A stretch of 64,000 nucleotides of DNA from Octopus sinensis (Eukaryota). The translations under genes were made by a program, and so were the position numbers. A model generated the notes under the pieces. That model saw nothing but the letters and a program-made list of their open reading frames with translations. It had not been told where the DNA came from and did no database searches. The DNA lies in contig NC_043001.1 of NCBI RefSeq assembly GCF_006345805.1, positions 31,744,001 to 31,808,000 of the forward strand, in the 5' to 3' direction. Below, piece after piece: positions 12,430 to 25,180 of this stretch (position 1 is its first letter; every line of letters begins with the position of its first letter).

Positions 12430-12800
12430 AGGAGGTAATAGAGCTCTTACATTTACGACACACAAAGCCATTGTGAGGCAATAAACCTCTTACACAAGTC
12501 CTTTTATGAATCAATGAAACAATATTCCTGCCCAACCAGACTTCTCGCCTCAGCTAAACACCTGGACGGCTCCAAGTCGGGCCAATTTACCATAAATCTA
12601 TTGGTATCGTTGGGGAAGGAGTCCATTATCCTAAACAGGTCGTTCTCCCTCATGACCTTCGCAGCCTCCTGCGAAGATTTGTCAGGGTCCTCTGTTTTGA
12701 GCTTCTTGACAAAGCGCCCCACTGTCCCTCCTTTATGGAAGAAGACCACAAAGTCCTCCTCCGTATCACGGGGTGGATATACAGTTTCCAGCACTGCTTC
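12430..12800 (-). pseudogene. Unclassified coding relic, probably non-LTR ORF2 C-terminus
   Basis: GC-richer island; 96-aa open frame that shifts into REVWLGRNIVSLIHKRTCVRGLLPHNGFVCRKC (CxxC). Confidence 0.4.
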
Positions 12801-12859
12801 TCATTAAACAAATGAGGTTTTCCTTCGTAAGGATGAAAGCAACACCAGTTATACAATTA

Positions 12860-13180
12860 ACCTGCACTCTGTTTATTACAACAGCGAAGGTTCCAGGTGA
12901 TCTGATCAACGGAATAGCCTACTCGTGAAATTAATGTGCAAGTGGCTGAGCACTCCACAGACACGTGTGCTCTTACTGTAGTTCTTATGGATATTCAGCT
13001 TAACACACAATGTGACACGGTTGACCTCTTTAAATTACAAATACAACTCCTTTTTGTCAGCTGAGTGGACTGGAGCAAAGTGAAATAAAGTGTCACGCTC
13101 AAGAACGCAATACACCGCCAAGAATAGATCGTACGACCATACGACCATGAGCCGAACACACTTAACACCTAATCCACGAG
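12860..13180 (-). mobile_element. Long CORE-like tRNA SINE, degenerate (family also at 49540)
   Basis: CAGCTGAGTGGACTGGAGCA and CTCGTGAAATTAA...CAAGTG shared with 49540-49860. Confidence 0.65.
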
Positions 13181-13184
13181 GACA

Positions 13185-13386
13185 ATGAAGGACAAACAAG
13201 GACAGACAAAGGGATTAAGTCGATTACATCGACTCCAGTGCGTAACTGGTACTTAATTTTATCGACCCCGAAAGGATGAAAGGCAAAGTCGACCTCGGCG
13301 GAATTTGAACTCAGAACGTAACGACAGACGAAATACGGCTACGCATTTCGCCCGGCGTGCTAACGTTTCTGCCAGCTCGCCGCCTT
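13185..13386 (-). mobile_element. SINE family C
   Basis: Near-consensus core and head ...CTGCCAGCTCGCCGCCTT. Confidence 0.85.
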
Positions 13387-14599
13387 CGACCGCTACTGAT
13401 ATAGTAAAAAGGCTCAATACAAATTCATTTTAGCGACGGAAGCAGTATTAGCTAAAAATGGCAACCTGTATCTCATACTTAAAGCAGATATATTGTTGAA
13501 AGCCTGCTAAACTGCGATATTCGTCTCGGAAAAGCATCTCTTGTAGACATATAATATTAAAAATAGAAATATGTCAGTAGCACACGGCCATTCACAAACA
13601 TAAACAAAAGATGGTCAAACACTCATAATTGGTATTACGTCATTTATAAAAAAGATGCTGTGTAAACGAACGCATATATTATGAAAAAAATGCAGACCTC
13701 GTTTGGTCTTTACAGCTGTTTTAAAAGTTTGGTTGTTAGTCGATGCAATAATAGGGATTGCGCAAGCAGTTGTACATGCTGATGCAATAATACACATCAA
13801 ATAAATAGAAATTATTATCAATGCTTAAACTTGATACTTAAATATGTTTGAGCTGGGAGCATTGAAGCACCAAATTTTTTCTTCTGAAGGATGCGTTGCA
13901 AAATGCAAATTTTATAGTAGTAAACCGATATTTAAGAACATAGAAACATCGATAAAGAAACGAAGGAAGCGAGGGATTAGCATGAAATCATGAGGAAGAA
14001 AGGCTATGAGATCAAAAGCGAGAACATGTGAGTAAAAGTGAGGAAGAGAGAATAGGGGAGAGATAAGTATGTGTATAGAAACAAGTATAGGAAAAAAAGA
14101 AAGGAAAGAGAGCAGAGAATAGATGAAAGGGTCACATAGTCGGTTAGATTTAGACTTGTAAAAACATATCATAAATCTAACTTTGTGAAAAATAGAGTAC
14201 AGAAGTAAGATCAAAAAGAATTCAGTAAAAGAAAGAAAGAAAAGAAGGAGCAAGCAAGCTAAGAACCTCCTGCTATGCGAGAGGCAAATGACCTTTCGGC
14301 GGCTGTAATATAGCATAAGCATCCAAGCGTGTGGTCAAAACTGGAGCCGCGAGAAAATGTAACAAAATATAAAAACGGGGAATGAGAAAATAAGCGAATA
14401 GGATCAAAAAGAATAAAAAGTGAATTCGTAAATGTATAAGAAAGTACAATAAAAACGATCATTATATACCTATGAACAAAAATTTAAAGACTTTAAAGTA
14501 TTATAAGAAAAGGTATGTCATAATTCTAATTAGGTCCAGTTGATCTATGTAAATAGATCAAGGGTGACATATAAATACTAGGTCGAGGATGTCAGATTG

Positions 14600-14900
14600 A
14601 AAAACAGGTTTATAGTTATTCAAGATAGTTGGAATATACTGATGTATGGTAAAAAGTAAACGTTTTAAAAATCGATGCCGGCAGAGTGTAATTGCATCAT
14701 ACTGTTTATTAAAGAGCAGACCCCTTTTCCGATGTAATTTCCAGACATTCCCTGCTGAACAGATTGCATACAATGCAACCACCTTGGTAAGATCTCCCAG
14801 TTCTAATAATTGAACAGTTAACATTATAGGAAATGTTATTAGCCTTGAGATAATGGATACAATCTGCTAACGTGGTGAAAGATTTGTGCATGATGTTAGC
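14600..14900 (-). mobile_element. Penelope-like element, GIY-YIG endonuclease C-terminal relic
   Basis: HYLKANNISYNVNCSIIRTGRSYQGG..CNL and LLFNKQYDAITLCRH resemble the PLE C-terminal CNLC..EK...LLNKR.E....CRH motif. Confidence 0.65.
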
Positions 14901-15124
14901 AAATAAAGTGGCATGAACTACGGACCGTCTTTTGAAATCAGTGGAAGGTGTAGTATATAGCATCGATGCGTACCATCGCTAGCTTAATTCTTTGTCTCCA
15001 GCCGATTTCAACGCTTACTGACGTCAGTTCTTTGCTAATTCATGCTATTCCTTTTCTCCCCTTCCACCTTCTGAGTGTTAGCCGCTTTGTTATTGTGTAT
15101 GGGGGGTTTACGAAAAAAAACCAA

Positions 15125-15300
15125 CAAAAGACGAAGTCAGGTGGTGTACAAAACAAACAGATGTATTAGTATAACGCTCAGGAATAGAAAAAGTCTTTTA
15201 CGTTTCGAGCCTACGCACTTCTACAGAAAGGGACACAGAAAAAACAAGGAGAGAAACAAGGAGAGACAAAAATGTGTGTAGTGGCTAACGATCTATCATG
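15125..15300 (-). mobile_element. Short PLE pLTR-like repeat (second copy 43048-43235)
   Basis: Shared GTATTAGTATAACGCTC...ACGTTTCGAGCCTACGC; hammerhead-like fold. Confidence 0.6.
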
Positions 15301-16161
15301 TTATTCGTGTATGTGTCGTTTTGTTTATCGACTCTTTTCTCATGCATTGTCATTAACCTACCTCTTAAAATGACTTCTGTTATTTTAACTGACCTTGATC
15401 TTGCAACAAATTTTGACAGCGTCGCTGACGCACTTATCTTCCTTCCCTCACAAAGTTCCCCTTCTATTTTCACCCCCATCTTCGATAAGCTTTCTCTCAT
15501 CATCATTATAAACTGTCTCTCATTATAACCTCCTTCTCTCTCTCCGCATCAACGACTCCACATCACTTCTTCACAAATTTCATTTTCGGATCCGGAAAAT
15601 TGTGACGAAAGCAATGTCTTCTAAACTGGCTCTCAGCAAAAAGAGATTTGGTTTCATGTATTCAGCTTCTTCACTTGTCACAGCGAATCAATCTTTTTCA
15701 AATTTTCCAACGAAGACTTCGTAGATTAATTTTTGCCAGCAAAGACCATCAATAGTTTCTGTGCACTCCGACTGAAAAGCGCGTGCAACAACACACAGAC
15801 ATCCACACACATGTTACGCACACACATACACTCACACACAAACACACATCGTCTAATCTAGGGTTGGTCTGCTTTTGAGCAGATCCTGTGCATGTGAACC
15901 TCCTCCAGCACACTCTATACGACCTGGGGACACCCGTACCTTCCGCTGTCACCGTTTAATTAGTTTGCTGGAAATTTGGCCACCATAACTAAATTTGAGA
16001 TGAACTCTTGAGTGATTTCTCGTGGGATTTGAACTCAGAATGTAGGAAACTGTAAAGCATTTCTATCGACGCAGAGCGAGCGTCGTGAAATGATTTACTA
16101 ATCATGAGTGCAACTCCTTAACCACTAGGCCACGCGTCTTCACGCGCCTGTATGTGCATTT

Positions 16162-16195
<34 letters not shown>

Positions 16196-16267
16196 ACTCT
16201 CTCTCTCTCTCTCTCTCTCTCTATTATATATATATATATATATTATATATATATATATATATATATG

Positions 16268-16487
16268 TTAATAGTTAATCCAAACATGAACAAAGAGAAA
16301 ACACAACAATGCGAGGACGTGGAACAAGTATAGTGTTATTGGACGCTCAGGAAAGGAAAGAAAGAAGGAGGATTTAACGTTTCGAGCGAAGCTCTTCGTC
16401 AGAAACATAGAAAAAGGAAAGGTTCAAGGAAGGGAAGACGGAGAAAGAAAATCGCCAACGATACACACGCGGTCACACACTCTCTCA

Positions 16488-16490
<3 letters not shown>
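16268..16490 (-). mobile_element. PLE pLTR-like repeat between microsatellites (related copy 25000-25180)
   Basis: TTTAACGTTTCGAGC...CTTCGTCAG shared with 25083-25112. Confidence 0.6.
16372..16406 (-). ncRNA. Minimal type I hammerhead ribozyme motif
   Basis: GUUU-CUGACGA-A-GAGC-UUC-GCUC-GAAAC-GUU-AAAU: intact core, 4-bp stem II, palindromic ACGU stem III, short stem I. Confidence 0.65.
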
Positions 16491-16541
<51 letters not shown>

Positions 16542-16604
16542 GATAGAGAGAGTAGTATATGTACATATTTATATATTTAAAACAATTTATATATGTATAT
16601 GTAT

Positions 16605-16679
<75 letters not shown>

Positions 16680-16846
16680 TTCTCTGTCTATCTCTTTGTT
16701 TCACTCGATCTCTTTCTGCATATATATATATATAAATGCATGTATTTTTATGCATGTATATGTATGTTCATACATAAATATATATGTATATACATACACA
16801 TACACATATACATTGTTTACGAATATATTTTAATGATTTGTGACAA

Positions 16847-16914
16847 ACTGCCGCATGTTTCGATCTGCTGACCTTTTCCTCTGATGAGAGCAGCAGATCG
16901 AAGCATGCTGCAGT
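16847..16914. repeat. Hairpin with 24-bp arms and CTGATGA in the loop
   Basis: ACTGCCGCATGTTTCGATCTGCTG / CAGCAGATCGAAGCATGCTGCAGT, 2 mismatches. Confidence 0.85.
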
Positions 16915-17119
16915 TCGTAGTAACGAATCACTAAAATAAATAAATATTTCTTCTCGCCGATTATTACACCGCTTTAATATTTCTTTTAATATTGTCTGTT
17001 ATTATTATTACTTTATATGTATGTGTTAGTGCGTGTAAGTTTGTATGTATGGGAATCCATACGTACGAACATATAATCATTTCCATACGCGCGAGCACAC
17101 ACACAAACACATACACATA

Positions 17120-17697
17120 TATGCTCATAATGGCGTATTTACATGTAATGTGCGTGTGTGGTATATATATATATATATATATATGCGTGTGTGTGTGTAT
17201 ATATATATATATGTGTATATATATATATATGTGTATATATATATTGTATATATATGTATATATATATATAGTATATTATATATGTATATATATGTGTGGT
17301 ATATATATGTATATATATATGTGTATATATAATATATATGTGTGTTATATATATGTATATATATTATATTGTATATATATATGTGTGTGCGTATATATAT
17401 AATATAGTATATATATATATATATATGTATATATATAATATATATGTATATATATTGTGTGTATATATATATATAGTGTATATATATATGTATATATATA
17501 TATATATGTATATATATATGTGTGTATATATATATATGTGTTGTATATATAATGTCTATATATATATATGTGTGTGTATATATAACATATATGTGTATAT
17601 ATATATATGTGTGTGTGTGTATACATATATACATGCGTGTATATATATGTATATATATATGTGTGTGTGTATATATAATATATGTGTGTATATAATG

Positions 17698-17728
<31 letters not shown>

Positions 17729-17792
17729 ATATATATATATATCTATATATATATATTATATATATATATATATAATATGTATATGTATATAT
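17120..17792. repeat. Long degenerate (TA)n/(TG)n tract
   Basis: Direct reading. Confidence 0.95.
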
Positions 17793-17794
17793 AG

Positions 17795-17932
17795 GGCTCT
17801 GTGGTAAGTAACTTGCTTACCAACCACGTGGTTTCGGATTCAGTCCCCAGTACGTGGCACCTTGCCTCGGGCCAACAAAAGCCTTGTGAGTGGATTTGGT
17901 CGACGGAAACTGAAAGAAGCCCGTCGTATATT

Positions 17933-17987
<55 letters not shown>

Positions 17988-18190
17988 GCTTGTGTGTCTG
18001 TGTCTGTTTCCCTACCATCGCTTGACAGCCGATGTTGGTGTGTTTACCTCCCCGTTACCTAGCGGTTCAGTAAAATGGTCCGAGAGAATAAGTAGTAGGC
18101 TTACAAAGAATAAATTCTGGGGTCGATTTGTTCGACTGAAGGCGGTGCCCCAGCATGGCCGCAGTCAAATGACTGAAACAAATAAAAGTC
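17795..18190 (+). mobile_element. SINE family A
   Basis: Head, internal (TA)n, tail CAGTCAAATGACTGAAAC. Confidence 0.85.
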
Positions 18191-18351
18191 TAAGAGTGTA
18201 TACATACACACATATATGTCTATATATATATATTGGCCTGCCCGCTTAGCCAGCGGGGTGGCGTCATTGAAGGCTAAGACAATGCGAAGCGCATTGTGAC
18301 CAGCGATGTGTGTAGCAACATCTGATGGCCTGTCGGTCACGTGATCACGTG

Positions 18352-18394
<43 letters not shown>

Positions 18395-18395
<1 letters not shown>

Positions 18396-18496
18396 GGTGC
18401 AGGAGTGGCTGTGTGGTTCAGTCTTCTACTATAGCCTCGGGCCGACCAAAGCCTTGTTGTGTGGATTTGGTAGACGTAACTGAAATAAGCCCGTCG

Positions 18497-18529
<33 letters not shown>

Positions 18530-18812
18530 ATATATATATATATATATTATATGTGTGTGTGGTGTGTGTGTATTGTGTGTGTTGTGTGTGTATGTGTGTG
18601 TGTGTGAGAGTTTGTATTCTGTGTTTGTCCCCCCAACATTGCTTGACAGCCGATGCTGGTGTGCTTATGTCCCCGTCACTTAGCTGTTCGGCAAAGAGAC
18701 CGATTGTATAAATACTGGGCTTATAAAGAATAAGTCCTGGGGTCGAGTTTCTCGATTAAAGGCGGTGCTCCAGCATGGCCGCAGTCAAAATGACTGAAAC
18801 AAGTAAAAGAGT
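18395..18812 (+). mobile_element. SINE family A with 5' internal deletion
   Basis: GGTGCAGGAGTGGCTGTGTGG head, standard tail. Confidence 0.85.
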
Positions 18813-18820
18813 ATATATAT

Positions 18821-18867
<47 letters not shown>

Positions 18868-19094
18868 TATATCACACATACACGCGTACACACGTATATA
18901 AACATTGATTGATGTACATGTACATGTGTATGACGGTAACAATAATTGAAAACTGGATGTTGTGAGTTGGAAGACGTTGTCGACAAGAAGCAACTGTTGA
19001 AATTTTTTTTGTGCAGTCTTAGTTTTTGCGTTCTTATTTTGTTGTTGTTGTTGTTGGTACTTTGATCGACTGTACATGCACTATACATATAAAT

Positions 19095-19127
<33 letters not shown>

Positions 19128-19400
19128 CACACACACATACACACACATACACACACATGCAATCAGGAAGTATCTATCTGTCTGTCTGACTGTCTGTCTG
19201 TCTGTCTGTGTGCCTGACTGCCTGTCTGTCTGTCTGTCGGTCTGTCTGTCCGTCCGTCCGTCCATCTATCTATCTATAATAGTATATAATAGTATATATA
19301 TATAGTATATATGTATGTGTATGTGCATACCTATGTATGAATGTATGTGTGTGTGCATGTATGTATATATATATATACCTGCATGTCTCAAATTAGATGC

Positions 19401-19438
<38 letters not shown>

Positions 19439-19533
19439 AAGTGAAATAGATAGACAGAAGATAAACAGAGAGAAAGATACAGAGAGAGAGAGGGGAGAGA
19501 GAGAGAGAAGAAAAAGAGAGAGAGAGAGTGGGG

Positions 19534-19573
<40 letters not shown>

Positions 19574-19922
19574 CGCGAGAGAGAGCGAGAGAGAGCGAGA
19601 GAAACATGGAGATAAGGAGAATGGTGAGAGATAAGAAATAATGAGAAAAATCATTAATATTCGTACTAAAAACCGAAGCGAAAATTCAAAAGCCTAGCCT
19701 CAAGCGTCTGACTATGTGAAGCTAGCAGTTTGTTGTACATCAAACTGTTACCAAGTAGTTGTGGTCAATCAATTTATTGGTTTATTGAGACTTATCGATT
19801 ACTATAGCCACTCCTTGCTCAAATAGTGACTACTAAAACCATTTTTCCGAAAAAGTTTTACCAGTATTGTTTCGTTCAATGAGTGAGAAGGTTTCGTAAT
19901 TTTTTTCCTCTCCGTTGTTATA

Positions 19923-19940
19923 TCTGTATGTATAAAGTTA

Positions 19941-20002
<62 letters not shown>

Positions 20003-20003
20003 G

Positions 20004-20084
<81 letters not shown>

Positions 20085-20207
20085 TTGTCTTTCTATCTAT
20101 CTCTTTGTCTATCTATCTATCTATTTGTCTAGCTATCTATCTCTTTGTCTATCTATCTATCTCTTTGTCTATCTATCTACCTCTTTGTCTATCTATCTAT
20201 CTCTTTG

Positions 20208-20264
<57 letters not shown>

Positions 20265-20397
20265 GTATCTATCTATCTATCTATATGTCTGTCTATCTGT
20301 CTATCTATTTGTCTGTCTATTTGTCTATCCCTCTCTATCTCTCTATCTATCTGTCTATCTATCTGTCCATCTATCTGTCTATTTGTCTATCTATTTG

Positions 20398-20439
<42 letters not shown>

Positions 20440-20650
20440 GTCTATCTATCTATCTATCTCTAGTTTTCTCTTCATCACCGTCTCTCTGCTGCTTTCTTTT
20501 TCTACGTCTCCCTCTCTCCCCCTTCAGTTCTCTCTTTAGCCATTCTTTCTTCTCAACTCCACATATTTTTTTTTCCTCTTTCTAAGCTAAAATCTGCACC
20601 AAACAACGGAATGCAGTCCTTCTCACAGCATCGATGCGTACCATCGCTAG
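19923..20650 (+). mobile_element. Non-autonomous Helitron carrying expanded (CTAT)n/(CT)n
   Basis: A|TCTGTATGTATAAAG start; CGATG-cgtac-CATCG hairpin then CTAG|T end. Confidence 0.5.
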
Positions 20651-21059
20651 TTTCCATACTATCTATCAACCTCGGTTGCATTCGACAGTGACCAATCAAA
20701 TAGTTGCATTAATACAGACATCTGTTAAAAGAACTGCTGGTAAACACTGTGCAACTGAACAGGCCATTATTATGATGGTGTATATGACACCTATTCTAAG
20801 ATATCTTTTGTTATTGGGAAAATGCTTTATCGGTTACTGATTGCAATTCGCCCCCTGTCATTTCTTCATTGGCGTTTAGAAATGTATTTTTGGGGGGTTT
20901 TTTTTCTGTCCGTCTGTACTCGATGCTGTACTCATTGTGGTTCTTGATGAAGCTGATTTGTTTGTTTGTTTGATTGTTTGTTTGTTGAGCGAAGCGGTCT
21001 TCGTCCTAGAAGTCCGAAACGTGGTCTTTTGCTATTCGTAAGACCTGCAGAAGAGAAAG

Positions 21060-21338
21060 CAGGTCAACCCGCGACACCAGAGCATACGACGGATGGATGA
21101 ATGCGCATCCAGGCTCAGCGCTTGCGTAGGAAGTCGGGGGACAAGAAACAGGAAGAAAGAGTGAGAGAAAGTTGGAACGAAAGAGTACAACACGGGTCGC
21201 CACCATCCCCTGCCGGAGCCTCGTGGAGCTTTAGGTGTTTTGCTCAATAAACCCACACAACGCCCGGTCTGGGAAACGAAACCGCGATCCTCCGACCGCG
21301 AGTCCGCTGCCCTAACCATTGGGCCATTGCGCCTCCAC
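21060..21338 (-). mobile_element. SINE family B (OR1-like)
   Basis: Matches 53165-53464 in reverse complement. Confidence 0.8.
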
Positions 21339-21499
21339 TTGATGAAGCTGATGATACGGGGCTCGTAGCTGTTCTGTTTCATTACATGACTTTTAGAATT
21401 ATTGGACGATTTAGGTTAACTGTCAGCTCATCCAGTTTTAAAGTATCTATGTCTTAACCCGGTTCCTGCCAAAAGCATTTTCATAAGATTGTTCTAAAC

Positions 21500-21900
21500 A
21501 TCCATGCTTGTTTTCAAATTTTTACTTAGTCTTTGTTTCATACGTTATGAATAATGTAAGGCTTTCTCTTCTCCAAATCCGAGTTACTCAGGTGGTTGAA
21601 AACAATTGGTCACAAGAGAAATATAGCCTCTGTATCACACGATACACAGAACAGGCAACGCGTTAACCATTCTACTTCTTGTTTTGCGCAGGATAACCTC
21701 TTGTAGGTTTGGGCGAATACTACAATCTCCTTTTACAGTGACTTTGCATACCTTGTGATGTACGTTAATGCTGCCTTATAACAAGTATTCACTTCTCGGG
21801 GCATCTTAAGTATCTTCTCTTGTTGCTGTGCAGCTCTTCGTTGTCGTTGATTAGATCAAATGCATTTCAAAAGCTGCTTCTGTCATTATTAGCTCATTTA
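21500..21900 (-). mobile_element. Possible Penelope-like N-terminal relic
   Basis: Stop-interrupted frame ...YKRLSCAKQEVEWLTRCL...; only weak resemblance. Confidence 0.3.
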
Positions 21901-22925
21901 TATACAGTCCTCCAGTTTTCCGCAACACCATTGGTTGTTCGGCCAGTATTAATCTATATCGTTTGACAGATTTTCTATCAGGCATTCAGCTTGGCTAGTT
22001 GTCACTGATGATTCGCAATACGGTGAAATCACGTGATACGGTAGTGCAATCCACCGGTTTACTGACAATGTCGTCAACCGATAATTAAATTGAGATGCTT
22101 TTTAGCATTTGTCGTCTACACGAAATTATTTTTTTGGTGCGTTCACTGCAATCTAAGGCGTTATAAACCCATTCATGTTAGGTTGAGCGTTCTAATTAAT
22201 ATTTGCTACAAATACTACTTCTGTCACCAATGACTAATTTATACATTATATATTTGAAATACATGTCGTTTAATGTAGGCGCAGATGTGAAATAATTTTT
22301 GGTGTGATTAAATGTGTCACTTCAACAATACACTGTTTCAGGTTCAATTTAACGTACACTAATGTTAACACACATTTAATATTAACATTTTTGAAAAAGA
22401 AACCAAGAAAATCCCCCACGTTTATAATCCAGAGACGCCATCTATTATATTTTGGTAAATTGTGAGTTAGTGAGTTTATGCTTTATTGAGGAGGTCTAAA
22501 TATATCGAAACATGCACAGAGTTGTCTTCTCACATAATTAAAGTAGCCACTGAGTCAATTTTCTCCTCAAAACCCAACATTAGTATTTCTAATTAGATAT
22601 TTGATGCTCTGCATTATATATGTTCACGTCTACTTAACTCTTGATTTTTATGTTTATGGCGTCTCTGAGTAATTAACTTCAGTGAGCTGTTCTTTATTTT
22701 TCTATACAAGGTATCTTTGATGTTTAAATGCAAGAGTCAATGATGTATATCTATACACACATATACACGCACACGGAACACAGACGTACACACACACACA
22801 CACGCACTCATATATATATATATACATATATATATATTATATATATATATTATATATATATATACATATATATATATATACATATATATACATATATATA
22901 TATACATATATATGTATATATATAC

Positions 22926-22956
<31 letters not shown>

Positions 22957-23020
22957 TATATATATATCTATATATATATATATATATAATATATAATATA
23001 TATATATATATATCTATATC

Positions 23021-23063
<43 letters not shown>

Positions 23064-23477
23064 TTGTGTGTGTGTATGTGGGTGAGTGTGTATACACACA
23101 CACGCCACACACACACGTGCGAACGCACGCACACAAACGTACTTTCTGAATAACACGACACATACATACCCCACAGTGTACGCCGTAATCCTTATTAGCG
23201 AGATATTTTTAAATAACTAAAGTACTCAACGATAATTCATCTAAATTATATATTGTCTGGAGCTATGACATTAAGTCCACACATAGCAAAGAATAAAGAG
23301 AAAGTGTCAAATTTTGATATAAAGTAAATATGAGCGATGTCACCTTACATCATGTCTTTTGTTACGGTTCCTGTGATCAAAGACACGAGGGTATCAGTCA
23401 CGTTCAGTTAGAAAGAAAACTGCCCGGATAATAGAATATATTGCTATGATATACATACATGGATATATATATATATA

Positions 23478-23895
23478 CTCTTTTACGCTTTCACTTGTTT
23501 CAGTCATTTGACTGCGGCCATGCTGGAGCACCGCCTTTAATCGAGCAACTCGACCCCGGGACTTATTCTTTTGTAAGCCCAGTACTTATTCTATCGGTCT
23601 CTTTTGCCGAACCGCTAAGTAACAGGGACACAAACACACCAGCATCGGTTGTCAAGCAATGCTAGGGGGACAAACACAGACACACAAACATATACACACA
23701 CACTTATATATATATATATATATACAGATATACGACAGGCTTCTTTCAGTTTCTGTCTACCAAATCCACTCACAAGGCATTGGTCGGCCCGGGGCTATAG
23801 CAGAAGACACTTGCCCAAGATGCCCCGCAGTGGGACTGAACCCGGAACCATGTGGTTGGTTAGCAAGCTACTTACCACACAGCCACTCCTGCGCC
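23478..23895 (-). mobile_element. SINE family A, near-consensus
   Basis: Full head, body and tail. Confidence 0.9.
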
Positions 23896-24194
23896 TATAT
23901 ATATATATATATAATAGATACACATACACAATGTGAAGGACTTAGTTCACTTGTGATCTAAACGAATAGGTACACTGGGTAAGTGCTATAGTTGGTTGAC
24001 CGTTAGGTTCCAAGATCACAGCTAAAGGCTGGATCTAAGGATCCGTGTGTTAGTGTTCCGTTATAGCTGGTATATACTATAGTAGAGGAAAATCAAAACC
24101 AAGGCAGAACGTGTATCTCAAGTCATTAAAAACGAGTATCTTCAAATTAAATTACATTAAATGATTGAGATATTCGTTCTGCCTTAATTTTGAT

Positions 24195-24290
24195 TTTACT
24201 TCTAATATAATATAATACAATATAATATAATATAATATAATATAATATAATATAATATAATATAATATAATACAATATAATATAATATAT
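24195..24290. repeat. (TATAA)n pentanucleotide repeat
   Basis: Direct reading. Confidence 0.9.
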
Positions 24291-24344
24291 ATATCGTTTT
24301 TGTATTTGGTTTGCAAGATTCTCTATTTGAATTCATGAATTGAA

Positions 24345-24490
24345 GCATAGTTTATTGTGTCTGTGGAGAGTCATTCTATTTTAGTGCCTTATTAATTTAA
24401 CACACTCACAGGTCTGATTTCCACTCATTTACTTATTATTTTTACTAAAATTTTCGTTCCGTCTTGCAACCTTTTCAATAGTCGTTGGCT
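24345..24490 (-). mobile_element. Solo arm of the repeat forming the 29650-29915 palindrome
   Basis: GGAGAGTCATT...CACTCAC...AAATTTTCGTT..GTCTTGCAACCTTTTCAATAG shared. Confidence 0.75.
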
Positions 24491-24599
24491 CTGTCCGTTA
24501 TCGGAACTCAGTTGACCGATAACGAAAATGTTTAGCAAAGATGAATGAACAGTTGCTTTCTCGTATACGAGCAAAGCCATTGCTAGAAAGAATCACAGA

Positions 24600-24970
24600 A
24601 ATGAGTCATTGATGATGCAATATGAAGCCCTTGTATGACTCTTGAGCCCGGTGAAAGATTTTCACATTCTATTGAATAATGTACAGCTGTGCTGGATGGC
24701 AGAAGGAACAGGTGTTACAGTATGAACTCTTCTAACATGCCTTTTCAATCCTCCAACTACAAGGTACACATTTCCACAGGTTGCACATATTCTGTTGTGA
24801 ACAACAGCCATATCACAATTTACAATGGGTTGGTTCCTATGAGTTCTCTGATGGCTGACCAGGCCTGCATGACTCAAGCATTTCCTCCCACAAATCACAC
24901 ACATAAAAAGCAACACTCCTTCATTTTCCACAGGTTCCTTCTTTCTGGGCCTTCTCTTAATCTCTCTCTA
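24600..24970 (-). mobile_element. RTE-clade LINE 3' end with C2H2 zinc fingers
   Basis: EIKRRPRKKE...CVICGRKCLSHAGLVSHQRTH...CATC...GLKRHVRRVH...degenerate KSFTGLKSH. Confidence 0.6.
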
Positions 24971-24999
24971 TATATACATAGTCAAATAAAAAATTAAAA

Positions 25000-25180
25000 A
25001 TAACACAAGGAAAGTCAAAAGGACGTCCACACAGAATGTATTAGGTTGACGCTCAGTATAAGATGGAAAAAGAAAGTGGGTGTTTAACGTTTCGAGCATG
25101 GTTCTTCGTCAGGAAGAGGAGAGAGGTAAGGTCTGGAGAAGGAAAAAAACGTCCAAGGAAAAGCACTGTCGTTGTTTATG
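25000..25180 (-). mobile_element. PLE pLTR-like repeat with decayed hammerhead
   Basis: CUGACGA-A-GAAC-cau-GCUC-GAAAC-GUU at 25083-25112; stems I and II mismatched. Confidence 0.55.

Noticed and set aside
11887-12535. Long ORFs of YVCM/HTYI, IY, LSIY or poly-I type here and across the window (e.g. 17125-17775, 19883-20585, 60215-60906, 61332-61655)
   Set aside because: Translations of microsatellites that lack stop codons
13615-13821. Hydrophobic ORF resembling GPCR helices
   Set aside because: Helix spacing is wrong, no conserved motif or splice support; AT-rich DNA gives hydrophobic frames
13912-14322. 136-aa membrane-like ORF (also 32121-32467)
   Set aside because: Consequence of strong T/C strand skew
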